A stretch of DNA of 64,000 bases from Enoplolaimus lenunculus (taxonomy: Eukaryota), in NCBI GenBank assembly GCA_030248215.1, contig JASANG010000621.1, positions 310,001-374,000 of the forward strand, written 5' to 3'. Under the pieces are notes generated by a model. The model saw nothing but the letters and a program-made list of their open reading frames with translations, did no database searches and was not told the DNA's origin. Positions 1-13,700 of the stretch are shown here, in pieces. Each line of letters begins with the position of its first letter. The stretch's first letter is position 1. The position numbers and the translations under genes were made by a program.

Positions 1-116
1 TAATCTCTAATATCCAGAAGTTTATTCTTAATAATGTAAAAGTCAAACCATCTCTTTCTTGTCTACTTAAATTTCGAATACTGATATATCTCTTCTATTC
101 TTTGCCGTCGTATAGG

Positions 117-331
117 CAATGGCGGATCCATGCGTGGGCCACCCCGGCCGTGCTCCCCCAACAGCATCTGGACAAAAATTATATAGTGTCAATTGCTGTT
201 CTACGCTGTTACTTCTCTTTTATACACAATAGTATAAGCACGCTTTGGGTCACTACAGTATGGGTCTGAAATAAGTTTATTACGTTTGAAATTTCGCCCC
301 CCCCCATTTTGAGATCCTGGATCCGCCACCG
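117..331. mobile_element. MITE with 8-bp TSD (hAT/Merlin-like)
   Basis: Ends CAATGGCGGATCC / GGATCCGCCACCG, flanked by CGTATAGG at 109-116 and 332-339. A related end (CAGTGGCGGATCCAGGATCTCAAAATGGGGG) occurs at ~879-915. Confidence 0.8.
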
Positions 332-3300
332 CGTATAGGAATTCGACCCTAGGAGCCAGCTGCCAGAAAATCATCTTTTTTAGTCAAAAGTGTTTACAAG
401 GGGGTAACGTAAGAAATTAATATTTTTTCAAACATGATCAAAACTATTGTCAAACAGAGTCAAACAAAAGTGGTTTCACGCAAAGTTTATCTGTTATCCT
501 ATTAATTGCGTACCCGCCCCAATGGGTCCCCAATACCACAACCGTTGGTATTGTTTTTAGTCAGCTTTTTTTAAGTTTTTTTCCTCAAAATATATAAACA
601 CTGTAAAACTTTGTTTATTGTTTATTCAAACATTGCGTGATTACAATATTTACCTTTTTCCGTCCGACCGTCTCCCTCTGACATTTCTAATGGAATAGTG
701 GTTGCAATTGAACTACTTAAATAGACGTTGTTGACCTGTTACTGTTTATGCATACACTCCCAAGGGCGTAACAACCGGGAGCGTATACAAGACAGGATTG
801 GAAGGATATATCCCACCGAAATTGCAGGACACTCGAAAAAGGTCTTTTCGGGCCCGTAGCCAAGGAAGGGGGGTCAGGCAGTGGCGGATCCAGGATCTCA
901 AAATGGGGGGAAATTTCACAGGTAATAAACTTTGTCACAAAATTGCTATATAATTTTTGTCGAGATGCTGTTGGGGGAATGTAAAATATTCTTTAAAGGT
1001 TAAAAAAATTTTCTCACTGGCTGCGCTGTTAGCAAAAAATGTTGGACATGGGTTTATTCCGTTTCGAAAGGTAATCCTGGCTACGCCATCTGCTAACAAC
1101 ACAATGATTTTTATGGGAAGGTTGCGGAGGTGCCCGGGACATTTAAAATGTAAACGTATGTTTCGTTCTTTTATGCAGTTTTTGTGGATACATCTAAGTG
1201 GAGGGCGCTTAGGCTGAAGCTATTCCATCAGGTTTGATAAGCCAAGAAAAGTAATATAACGTCATCATATCGCACATAATTTACAAGTAAGCTAAAACAG
1301 CTTCGAGGGAGGTTGTGAAAAATGCGAAGTAGATGAATGAGAATCGTATAACATTGCATGAAAGCCTATCCAAGTGATATCTTTAAGCTGACGTTTGCAT
1401 TTTGTCTACGCTGAATGCAGTGCACCCTTGTTCGATACTGTTTTATAATTAATATCATTGATTTTAAGTATATAATATGTTTTGTCCATAAGTTTACTTC
1501 GTTAACACTACTGACATTTTGTTTTTATCATGTAAAACTACTGTTACTCAGCGCAGCGTCGATAACATCATTTTAGTGCAATTTTGTAGTTGTATCCTTA
1601 GGTTAAAATATGCATGAAAATTAAAAAAAATATAAAATTTAATCAACTTTTAAATTTGTGTTTCAAAGTTTTGGCACGGTTCGAGCGCGGCTACAAGGCT
1701 ATAAATGTGGCGGTACCTAAATTTTGACCGATGCCAATTGTTTTTTGAAAATACGCCGATGTCGCATTGATACCGATTCCAAATTTACGATTATAATTTT
1801 AGGACAACGGTTCATTTCAGTTAATTTTTTTCAAATACAAAAGCAAGAAAGACAGCAGTTGCTTCCTGATCTGACACAGTGATATACGCCATGAAGTGAA
1901 ATTGATAGCATTCTAAGTGTCATGTGCGAAAAGTATCGGCAAACATTCTATTAACTATGCCGATGCCTATCCCGATTAATCGGCACATCCCTATACAGGG
2001 CCATACAAAACATACAATTCGTAGCCGAGAATTTGAATAGGGTAAATAAAAATCTTAAATTATGTTTCAGTGGGGTTGTTCTTGTGTTAATTGAAAAAGC
2101 TTTCAAACGCCTTTAGCAAAACATCGCGAAGTGTGTATTGACCCTAAACCCTGTGGTTACGATCTTGTAAACATGCAAAGATGGGGTGTTTTCCTGGAGA
2201 ATTCGAGGTTTTGGCTGTTGTGCACGTTTGCAACAAACTGTAATTATTGAGAAATGTTCAGGTATTGGCATAACTTAGGCTTCTGTTTGGGGCAGTGGGA
2301 CGGGTAGTCTATTTCGTTGACTTATATATGGTGTGCTAACGCCTTAAAACCAAGGGATCGGTCTCTAATTACGAATCAAGAGATTGGGACCTACCGCCAT
2401 GAATATTCGTTTCGAGAAAATAATTAAAACAGAAACAGTTTAGCTTTTCGACTTCGCGTACAAATATGAAATAGTTTTAATTTTCTATTCTGTTGTATTA
2501 ATATTATCGTAAACAAGGATACTTTTCGAAGTTGGGGGTGGGGTGAATTTCAAGGCCATGTCGCAGCGTAAACGCTTTTGTTTTTTTAAAAATAACACAA
2601 TTATTGTGTTAATAATTTTGAAACAATTATATTGTTTGTGTGTAATTTATAAATGACTCTATTGTGGACGTATGTCATTTTGTTGTCGTAACAGGTGCCG
2701 TACGCAATGTTTTATTTCGTGGATGGTCCGCTCCCATACAAATGTAAATTGGGCGTCCGGACCGAGTTGTCGACCCAAGTTGCATGCTGCAGATAACTGA
2801 TTTTTGCAAACTTGGCGTGCTGGAGTACCTTTTCGCTATCGCTTTGACGCGTGAGACGTTTAATTCGGATTCAAAACCAATAAAATTTTTTCACCCAAAA
2901 AGTTTTGGAGGAATTTGATCCGCGGAGCCCCAGTTTTAGCTTGATCTCGATTTTCTCCAGACAGCAATAGAGTATTATTGAGCTTTTTAGCTTTAATGCT
3001 AAGGTGTAATTGGTTTCGGTTTAGGCTTAAGATTAGATATCCAAATCGGATGAACATACAGTTACGCCGGCTAATATTGGTAAAATAGACCAATTGTTTA
3101 ACTTAAATATTGTTTCAAAGTTCTCACTGTACACGTCTCATTGGCGTAACGTTAAGAATTTTATTCTTTTCACTAGAATCAGTCTTAGAAAAAAAACTCA
3201 TCTATAGACTCTTTTTTAGACTTTCTAAGACTTAGAAAAGTTGCTCAAAAACGTGATCATGAACTTGCAGACTGAACGATTTTGCGTGTGTCAGCGTATA

Positions 3301-4786
3301 GCAATTGTTCTATTAGCAAGAATATAGGACTACATTTGCACATTTACGTAAGTGTTATTCAAACGTCCATATCAAGGCAAAAGTATGTAACGAAAAACGT
3401 GTGTAAATATTAGTTTCACGGCAACTTATCTGCAATATATGAGCAGTAAAGTCCATGTACTGTAAATGGAAGGACGTTATGCAACTTCCACAATAACTTG
3501 CGTACACCAGGTAACTTTTTAGATTTCTTGCGTGCATATTGCAAGACACGAGGGTGGGAAAACAAAGAAATCCCTTAATCTTTTGATTTTTGTAATAATA
3601 CAACGCTCAACAGGTTTGAATATTGGAGTGGTTCATTTTGTATTCTGCTCACCTTGCTAGGGAGGCTCTAATTTTTTTAGGAGGCGCATACAATGTTGTC
3701 GGACGACTTACAAGCGCGGCTGAAACTTTTCTGGAGAGAACTTTTTAGTTACTGAGCTACTTGGCTTCCCTCGGGCTTTTGTGACCCGGGCGGTTGTAAT
3801 ATTCGCGACACCGCACCACTTCAGCTGATCTTTTGTCTTGATACTGCCTAAAATATAGCTGGTCAAAACGCTTACTTTTTGGTCGAACAATGTCCGGTTC
3901 AAAATTAATATAGTTCAATGGCGAATGTTATTCCCAATTTCGGGTTTTTTGCTGTGCACCGGCAAAACCTTTTGATCTTTCGTAGTTAAGTTCCTTCAGA
4001 GCTTAAGCTTTGACGGCATATCTGTAGCAAAATGGATGACCGTCTTTCCGCGGAACTGCAACAGAGTAAACTTAAGTTTTAGACTAACGTTTCTTGTTTA
4101 GCATAAGTTTAGGAATATGTCTATCCTTACTTTGACGCTTAGACTTAGGAATATGGGGCCGCTTAGACGAGGGCTTTGTTTTTTTGGCTGGGCTTGACTT
4201 AAATGTCTTTGAACTTTTAATTCTATTTTAAGTTGCGGCTAAATTTCGTTGTTTGAACCCCGGTATATGCAACTCTCAGTTATTTATATTGACAGTGGCG
4301 GTTCTGGAAATTTTTAACACAGTAGGCTTGTAATATACATAGTGAAAGAAACTTCGTGATCGAACACGCCGAAAATTGAAATCATGTTTTCATAAAAAAT
4401 TCTCATATGTTGGGCTGGGCTACCAATTCACTCTATATGTACCCCTGCAAATTTTCATTTACTTATTTATTTCAGGCTTTTATACACATTTCTAATCGTA
4501 ATATTCAGGCAGAATCTCATCATACAACATAAGTATTGATACTTAAAATATTATAGTTTCCTATTTATTATAATTTTAAAATATATAAAATACCAGATAA
4601 TTGGCTATATATTTTATACAATGAACCATTCATCTCATGGTACGAGATCGAATTCAGATTTACACAACGAATTTTAAACATTTATGCGGTTAAATATTTA
4701 AGACATTCGCTGTCAACTTGTGTGTCAAATTTAATAATTGTGACCAAAATTTCGTACTGCTAATATATACGTCAATATTTTCAACA

Positions 4787-7700
4787 ATGTTCGTGTTGTG
4801 TTTTGTCGTGGTCTATCAATTGATTTCGATATTAGGTAAGCATACGTATAAATAACAGTCACTCGAGCAGAAAACTACGAAAAAATTTCCTTACTTCTTG
4901 TTTTTTAGTTGCTCTGGCTACGCATCTGAACAGTTTCAAAACTGCAACACTCTAATACTCTCAGCCCCTCGTTTCCGAGTGAGCAGACCCCTATGATTAA
5001 CATGGCCAAATTTTAAACGATCATAATCAACTTAATAAATCTAATTTTACAACAATCAATAGATCGTGAGACAGCGTCAGAAAGTGAATTCAAATTTATC
5101 TGCGATACAAAGTAAATGAGTTATGGTCCAAAAGCCAAATAACACCTCTTCTCCTTTATAAATATTTCAGCTCAGCCACTGTCCGCCGTTCCGCCACCAG
5201 TCAAAATCACTGCCGACGCCCTAAAAGTCCAAATGGCTCAATCACTGGACCGAATCACATGGACTGCCCCTCTTTCGAACACCGTCTATTGTGTCAGCGA
5301 CGGCCCGCCAGAGTCAGTTCTGCTGTCATTTTGGTGCCCAACTTGCATTGACAATGCTGAACTCGCCGAAATTAACAGTCAAATTTCTTCCCGCACTGAA
5401 AATCTCTCTAAAGCAGCCGGGTTTCCCGTAATCAAACTAAATAGCATTCGTCTAAATGGGTCTATGGATAACACGTTGCTAGCGTGTAACGCTACCCTCG
5501 CTTCGGTGGTTTCTACCCACAGCAACATGCCGGATGGGGTCACGGCTACGCCACCCCTGAGGCGAGATCAAATGTCAATTGCGACTGCTGAAATTAGCGT
5601 GCAGTACATGAGCAAACCGGTGATAGTAAATGATAAACACAACGCACCGGTTTGTTCGCGTACTGCTGGTTGTTATTTTTTAATCCGACAACCTGATGCT
5701 AACTTCAGGGCCACTATCACCGAGGGGGCGTCCATCGGCGGGACCAGACGGCCGGCCGCTAATGGCGATGGCAACTTACGAACGACGACAACAAAATTTG
5801 TTTGCTCAGTCGCAGCGAATCCAGAACCAACTGAATTCGTATGGACTGCGAACGGCAAACAAATTGCGTCGTCGCAAGTGCTGACAATCGCGACTGAACA
5901 CATCGAACAAACGTTCGTGTGTTCAGCAGCGAGCGTCGGATTTCGCGAGACGTCCGATCAAGTACGAGTCACCGCGTGGGGTAAGTTGTGGGTGGAATTA
6001 CAATTTCGTGGATGGAGATAAGGTCGTTTTTAAAAAATAAGCTCTTTACAGTTTACGAAATTTTCTTGAAATCGCACAGGACATGTATGTGAAAATTGTA
6101 AAACGGTGCTAAATCAACTGCTTGTGGAAAATCCACTGTCTAATAGTTGGTGAAAGGTGGTAGGTTTTTGTATCAATTCGTAAAACCGAATTGCTCTACT
6201 GAAAGTAGTTTTAAAAAATAACTTTCAAAGGAGATTACGACATTTAATTGCCATTGCAATTGCTACTCTAATACGTCGTATACAAAACACTGCGATAGAG
6301 AAATAAGTACCGATATTGTAAGCCCTCCTGCGTCTGTAATTTCTAGATCCGCGAGTACTAACGGCTATTTTTTTATCATATTGCAAAATCAACCTAGTTT
6401 TTGTTTCGAAGGCGCGCAACAATGTGATTTTGCGACTCTCAACAATTTTACATTAACCACGACCAGTGACGGATTCAGAATTTTCTGGTGCGCAAAAGTG
6501 TTGAACTCGGGTTGTGACCAAAATATGTTTTTCAAATATTTCGCTAGAAAATACACTATGAGCTACACTTGTATCATTTGATCCGCAAACTTTTTATCAT
6601 GGCAGGTCCGATGGGGCGATACATCAACACATTATGCCCGCATCCGCCACTAATCATACCACTTGTTCTCAATTCGTTTTTTTGTTTCAGTTCCCGCAAA
6701 AACTCGACTGCTCATCGAAACCGACTCCGCAAATCCAGAAGCAGCATTGAATCGTTCAAGTCCAGGTCCACCCAAACTTAGCATCCCTACACAGCTAGGA
6801 ACCGAGGCTGTCCTACGGTGCGCAGCGCGTGCCTATCCATTGCCCGCAATGACGTGGTATCAGGCACGCGCTGATGGCACTGTACGGCCTGCAGCATGCG
6901 TTGAGGGACCTACGGGCCGAAATGAATTACCTGAGACGGAAGTTGTTGATCCAAGATATGGATTGGAGCTAAAGGTACGCTTTAGGAAGTGGGGCTAGGA
7001 GCAGCGTATTAGGGCGCGAAAGAAGCTTTTGCTCTTATTTCCTCAAATTCTCGAGCGCGATTCTGCATTTTTGAAACATTGGGGGACACTGCGTATGGTA
7101 CTTGTTTAGTTTAGCCCCATACAAAAACAAGTTTAACTGCATACATAACGAATCTGAACTTAAGCCTAAGCCTGAGCATAAGCCTAAATTTTTTGATAAT
7201 GTAGGTAATAAACATGAACGCTGTGTGGGAGGAATGCGCCTTCTATTAAAGTAATACCTGTTCGTGGAGACTAAACAGTACTCTGAGCAGTTAAGCCATT
7301 CATATCTTAACCAGTATGAATGATATAGAAGGTGTTCAAACTTTATGATAAATAAATAGCACTCTGAAATGACCCGGGCCGTTACAGCCAGTCGCATAAA
7401 TAGTAGAAGGGAGGTCAATCGGAACATGGGCCCCAAACTACGTTGAAAAATTCATTTCTGTTAATGACCAAAATGATTACTGAGACAGCTTTAACCAAAC
7501 AAAACTGAGGAATCTAGCGAGCCAAATTAGTCGTATAGCATTGTTTAAGACATTTTAACAAATGTTATAGCGCACACGAACGGCAGCAAAACGAAATATA
7601 GTTCGGAAACCGGTTATCCCTAGGGTAAGAACATTGATGTTATGGGTTATCATTTGCATTATTGCCCGTTCCTGATATGCTTATCCTACTTTTTCATTTT

Positions 7701-10700
7701 GCCCCATTTCCCTGTGTCAAAAGTGTTGTGTTTGTGTATTTCCCCCCAGTTTTATTTTTGATTTATTTTTGAGCTCTAATATATATTATTAAAGCTGGAG
7801 CGCCAACATACGTATTTTGGGCAGCGTTTCAGCTGATTTTTATTTACATGTGTGGCAGGCAAACTCTTAGTACGTATGATTTTTGCTGAGATACAAAGTT
7901 CTAATTAGAATATTTCGTTTTCGAACGTTTTAAATCACGTTGACTTGCGATTTGAGCTACTAATGAACGATTTGCATCTCAAAATTAAAATATCACAGAA
8001 AACCGTTGCCGTAATATGCAGTTTTTTAAACTATTGCCTTGCTAAGCAACTTGCTATGTTACCGGTAAAAATATGCAGTGCAAAATCTCCACAAGAAGTA
8101 AGAGTTTCGTAGGACTCCAGCCTCAAACTTTATAGTCGGGTCAAGCGATGATCGTAAACGACTGAACGCCTCTGACATGGAGAGACCAGAGTTGAAATCC
8201 TAGCTTTAAAATTTGACCTTTATTGAAATGAAAATTATTCATGTGAGAAAGGATTAATGGTTGATCAAAATTACTGCGGTGCTCGGAACCTGACGTTTCT
8301 TTTGAACTTTATACGTTCTAGTGGTGCAGTTAGAAATTGTTCGGAAATATTGAATATGTCTGCATAGAGTAGTGGAATTACAAATCTATATTTTGTTATA
8401 TTAATGTGGCCTTAGGTAAGCTAAAATCTCGGCTACGGTCAATAGGTACCCCCATTTGTTTAATTTTTAGCTGTTTGCATGCATTATATACAGTATATTA
8501 ACTGTCATACATATTTGTTGCTCAATGTGGTTTAAGTTATAAGCATATTTAATCAGCAGCGGGCTCGTAGCACTGTTCACAAGTACAAGTTTTAGAAGAA
8601 ACAGGTTTTGATTTTTTGGCATATTATATGACTTTGACCATAGTAATTGTTACCCTTCGATAGAACAGTACCGAAAGAATTCGCCTGCGTCAGACTGCTA
8701 ATGCATAGGATCAGAGCCCGTATTGTTAAATGTATATTAACAGTTGGTGATAGGTCTTGTAGCTTTGAAACCAGGGAATGGTGATGTTGAAATTCAACAC
8801 ATTTATTGTATTCGACGTATTCTACTTCTGTGCAAATTTTGAGATCTACAATTGCAGCAGTTCGGGAGTTTGAAAACCTATTTCTAACTGGTGATAGGTG
8901 CTATATGCATTTGATAATATGGGACCAGATCTACGAATTACGCTTAGTTTTAAACGTGCGGATTTTGCTCGACAGTTAGCGCTAATGTGCATTTACTCAT
9001 ACGTTAATCGCTTAGGAAATTGGGGTTGCAACCAAGTTAGAAACTTTACGTCTTGAGTATTGGAAAACTCTTATTTCAAATCAGTAATCTAAAACCAGTT
9101 TCCAATCGATAACTACTTTTTATATTTCAGATGCTTACATCAACCTGCAGTATCAACATTATCGACTACACAAGCGTTGGATCTTACTGGTGTACTGCGT
9201 GTAATACAGTTGCAGAAGGTGAACAACACTGTGATCCTGCCCATCACAGCCCGTCTCAAGTTTTCGATCTCACGGTGGAAGGTATGAATTTAAATTTTTG
9301 TCGTTTTTAGAATTTTTGTATTTGATATGGCAACCAGTTATCTGAGAGCTGCAAATTTAACATCATTCAATTCAGCTCGCTGAGTTGCGCCGAATGGTTT
9401 ATAAGTTATTAGCAACTTGGGGTTTAATATGTTTTTGGTCCCAATGCGGATAATTCGTAGCTCGACAAAACTGGATTTGTTACAGTTTAAAATTGGACGT
9501 AAAATAAGCGTTGGCAGGGATATTGTAAGAAGGCGAGCTGTGCAAAAATATTCCGGAATGCTATTGCTATTTCGAGGCAAACTAGAAAAGAACATATGTT
9601 TTGTTTGTCGTATTTGACTACACAATACTCAGTTAACTCGAAATGTAGAAATTTTCAAAATGTGGCCGCAACGCAACCAACAGTTCGCGTACAATTTTTG
9701 GTTGTACAGAATTTCCTTGTCACACAGTTAAAATTACCAACTATGACAAATGAAGCGTTATTTTCGAACAATTACTAGCAGTTGGATTATCATTGCGTTT
9801 CAGGAGCACCATATTTAGTTGAATTAAAATACAAAAATTCAAAAAGTCCAACCGCAACCAGAGTTGAACTTCCAGTTCGATTTTGCTCGAATCCGCCGCC
9901 GAATAAAGTTCATTGGCTCGTCGACGATGACATCATTCAACCTGGGGAACAGACTGGAAGCTTCATTGCACATAAACCGCAACTGGTATTTTTGTATTTT
10001 TGTGTGTTTTTACTGCTTAATCATTTCACGCACCATAGGCAATTAAGTAAAACTATACACGCAATAGTGTACACAGTGTTTATCAATAATGCGTATGCGT
10101 TCTCAGTCCAAAATGTACAAATTGCGTAGACACCTACTTGGCCCCAAATATCAAGCTTTTGTTGTCGAACTATAATAGTAAACGCCGAATTCTGGTTTGA
10201 AATTGCTTCTTCATCAATAGAAAATTTTTAGGTCCAAAAAGGATTATTTTAAATTTAATACTTATATTGAGTGAAGCTAAACTCGGAGTGTTGTGTGCCG
10301 GTTCATCGTTCTACTATTCTCAGAAACTGCTCAACATATTTTGATTTGAAAACCTATCACCTTCCTATGAGGTTTGACTTAGTTCGACGAACTAATTGTT
10401 GCCCTGGGCTCAACAGTTCAAAGTTTAAGCTAAGACTTGAACCCGGAACTCTCGGATGAAAAGCGTGCATTATCACCACTTGACTATGTAAGCTTTTGTT
10501 CGAGTTCAATGGGGCTCGCATGTCTTGAGACGATTTTTACGGCGACTGTTGCCATTTATATTTTAGAACGCATCATTCGTTCAATGTTATCAAATGATGC
10601 TCGAAGTCAATCCGTTAAGTGCGTTGGATGACCGCAGATCAATTCGATTGTTGGTTGAAAACGAACACGGAATACTGGATCAAAGCATTGATTTGAACGC

Positions 10701-13700
10701 GATTCGAGGTATGTTTGAATTTTATGTCTGAGTTGAAATCAGAAATTAATTTTTTTCGCAAACCAACTTTCGGAATGAACATGTACTAGTTTAATTTTTC
10801 AATACAACGGCTCTATAGATGTCATAAAATCTGAACCTGGAGCCTGGGTTGTTTGCAAGTACTGTTACATTTATTTTTCGCAGGAGCCTAAGTTAGCAAA
10901 TCAAATTTTCAGGTGAACAATTTGACGACGCCAGCGCTGACTATATCAGCTTAGCAATTGGATTAGCAATTGCACTGTTTATCATTTTACTTCTGGTTTC
11001 CCTGGTTTACTGTTGGTCACGGCGTGCTGCTTGTTTCTCAGGTAAGCGCTCTTTTGCTTCCTATAGGTTGAGATTGAAAATTTGTTACTTGCTGAGTAGA
11101 ATAACAGTTTTTAATTTTTTAATGAACGGCGCTAGTGTTAAGAATTTTGCGTAACTTTGAGACATTTACTTGAAAACAATGAAAGCATTGTTTTCTGAAG
11201 TACAAACTCGACCAAAAAGTTTTTGCCAGACTGAAAGGGTATATCAGAGCTGCGTGTTAACTCTATCTCTCAAAGAGCCCATTTATTAGCATAAAGTGCA
11301 AGTTCCATATTTGCACCAGAAAACATTGCGCACAAAATGAAAGCCTCGAGTTCGAGCGTCACGTTCCTATAGCAGCTGAGTAATGAATACGAAATACCTC
11401 CCATCCGACAGTCGTTGTTCGAATCCTGGCTTGAAATTGGGTCCTAAACGAAATCGAAAATATTCATGTGAGAAGAGGGAAATTTTTCTGTTTTAACACA
11501 ACTTGGTGCCTCTTCAGCTTAAGTTTTTGTCGGAAACACTTGAATTGCAGCTGACCGTGGCACGCCGAATTTATTCAAATATAAATACATTATATTTTCT
11601 GTTGTTTTAGCTAAAAAGAATAGTAATGGCCAAAAGTACATGTCAAAGTAAGGATTTAATATGTTGACTAAGGATATATTATGTGGTAAGCATGTACGGT
11701 TAGCTATGGCAGCAACAGTTGCAGTGGTTAATCGCTGTTCCAAACTGAAAGACAGCTTAAAAACTTGCAGAAATTCGTATCCGTTCTAAAACAAAACGTG
11801 CTAAATCGTAGCTTTGATATTGAAAACTTCGTTTTCTTCATATGTAAAAGTCTAAGTATTGGCAAATTAGTTGAAGCGCGAATGATCGTTTATACTGCAA
11901 TGATTTCGAAAAAAACTATTTTAGTAATAAACATACGTTAACCAAGACGAACTACACGTATACCAATAGGGCTCATTTTTAATTTCAGTGTTCGTACAGA
12001 CGGCAAATCTGGCAGTAACAGCGGCGCAAATGGTGCCAAGGCAAACGGTCTACCCAACGGTACCGGAACAGACCATGCGACGGCCGACAATCATGTCATT
12101 AACGGCATTTCTGGATCCGGACCTGAGGTAAAGTCCGCTGCACCGAACGCAAGCACGTATACTGGGCCAAGCACCACAGGGGCAGGGGTTAATAATGTAA
12201 ATAATTGTGGGAGTGGATCGAAAACCAATTATTTTCCAATGAATCTCAGCGATCAATCATTGAATTCCTTTGATTTGAATAGTTCTGGAGGTGTTGAATC
12301 GGAAGCTGGGCCTCCTTGTGGGCGTTCATTGCCGTTTAAAGGCCCCCCGGCCTCGAATGGTAACGGAAGCGAAGTGTCGTATCCGTCAACAATACCACAG
12401 CAGCAGCAACAGGAAGGACGAGCTACTCCAAAACCATCTGCGTACGTATCGAAAGAAGTCGCAGTTTAAGCAAATGACGAACTGCAACGATCACGCGAAA
12501 AAAAATTATTTAGTATCAAACATTTTCAGATTCACAAAATTTGGTTTTCGCGGTTTGGTCGTTTGTTTCCTTGGATGATTAATATTTGATTCCAGGACAC
12601 TGATGATTGTTCCAGAAGTTCTGGATCTTAATTCTGGCAAGCCTGGTGTCACTACTAGGATTGGAGACCAGACTTCAACATCGAAATAAGCTACTGTTTG
12701 AACGATAAATTGCTATTGCAATTTGACCGTATTTCTGCAATTATGAAATTTATGGAAACTTCTGGAGTGAAGAAAGATGTGATTTCCCTAGTCATCTGCG
12801 TGTGTCTCTTGCTTAAATAATTGTTGTCGCACATTTTCCTCATCTTTGAACTTGTTTATATTTGATCACTAAACCAACTGCAGTAATTGCAATTGCAAAC
12901 TGCCAAAGCAATACGTTTTTGAAATGCATCTTCTACAATAACTCGCGTTCACCATGTTACAATTGTCAAATGCCTGTTATATGTGCAGGTCATATCTTGG
13001 TTCGGTTTAGTTCTTCGCACCATGGTTACTAATGAGTCAATGCTACATTCGAAGCGCGATAGGTAGGTTTTATAACTGCCTCTATTCGTTATGTATTCCA
13101 ATTAGCATCACGCAAATCTCAACTGGTCAACAGAAAACGTGACACGTTTCGGCCCAAACCTGGATCCGCCCTGAAACAAAATTCGACTGCGTTATGACCC
13201 ATGATTGCGTAAAAGATCCCTTTGGATGTAAAGGCCCGTATCTCGGGTTCTAATTGCAAGAAAATCTCATCGTATGAACAGCCTGCAAATGGTACTTCGT
13301 ACATGGATATGTACTCATTATATGCCGGACATAAATTTCATATCCGGATATTGGGCGTTTTTGTCATACGAGATGACCAGGCCGGTAGCCATTCACCGTG
13401 AAAAATTTTCGACAAATGCTCTATATGATACGTAAAATTGTTGATGGGTGTCATTGTGATTGAAACAATTTTGCATTGGTTTTTGAAAGTGAACAAAATA
13501 CAATTCATAGGAAGGGTCGAAATATATTAGGGCTGGGTTAAGTCCCGACTCTAGTCGTGTTCTGGCTATTGGTCGAAAGGAGAAACACTCCAAGGTTGCT
13601 CCCGAAATGTGTTGAATAGTGTATGGAATCTCAATTTCTGGAATATGTTTTGTGCACTTGTTGTAATTTTGAATGCACTTTAGCAACGAAAATATATCTT

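Noticed and set aside
2694..2860. Candidate upstream exon of the Ig gene
   Set aside because: All three frames hit stops, and the exon at 4787-4835 already supplies an ATG and signal peptide in the correct phase.
5673..5903. Antisense and overlapping ORFs in the track (also 23648, 38909, 53111, 54154, 56454, 57155, 58288)
   Set aside because: Shadow frames of real coding regions with no independent support.
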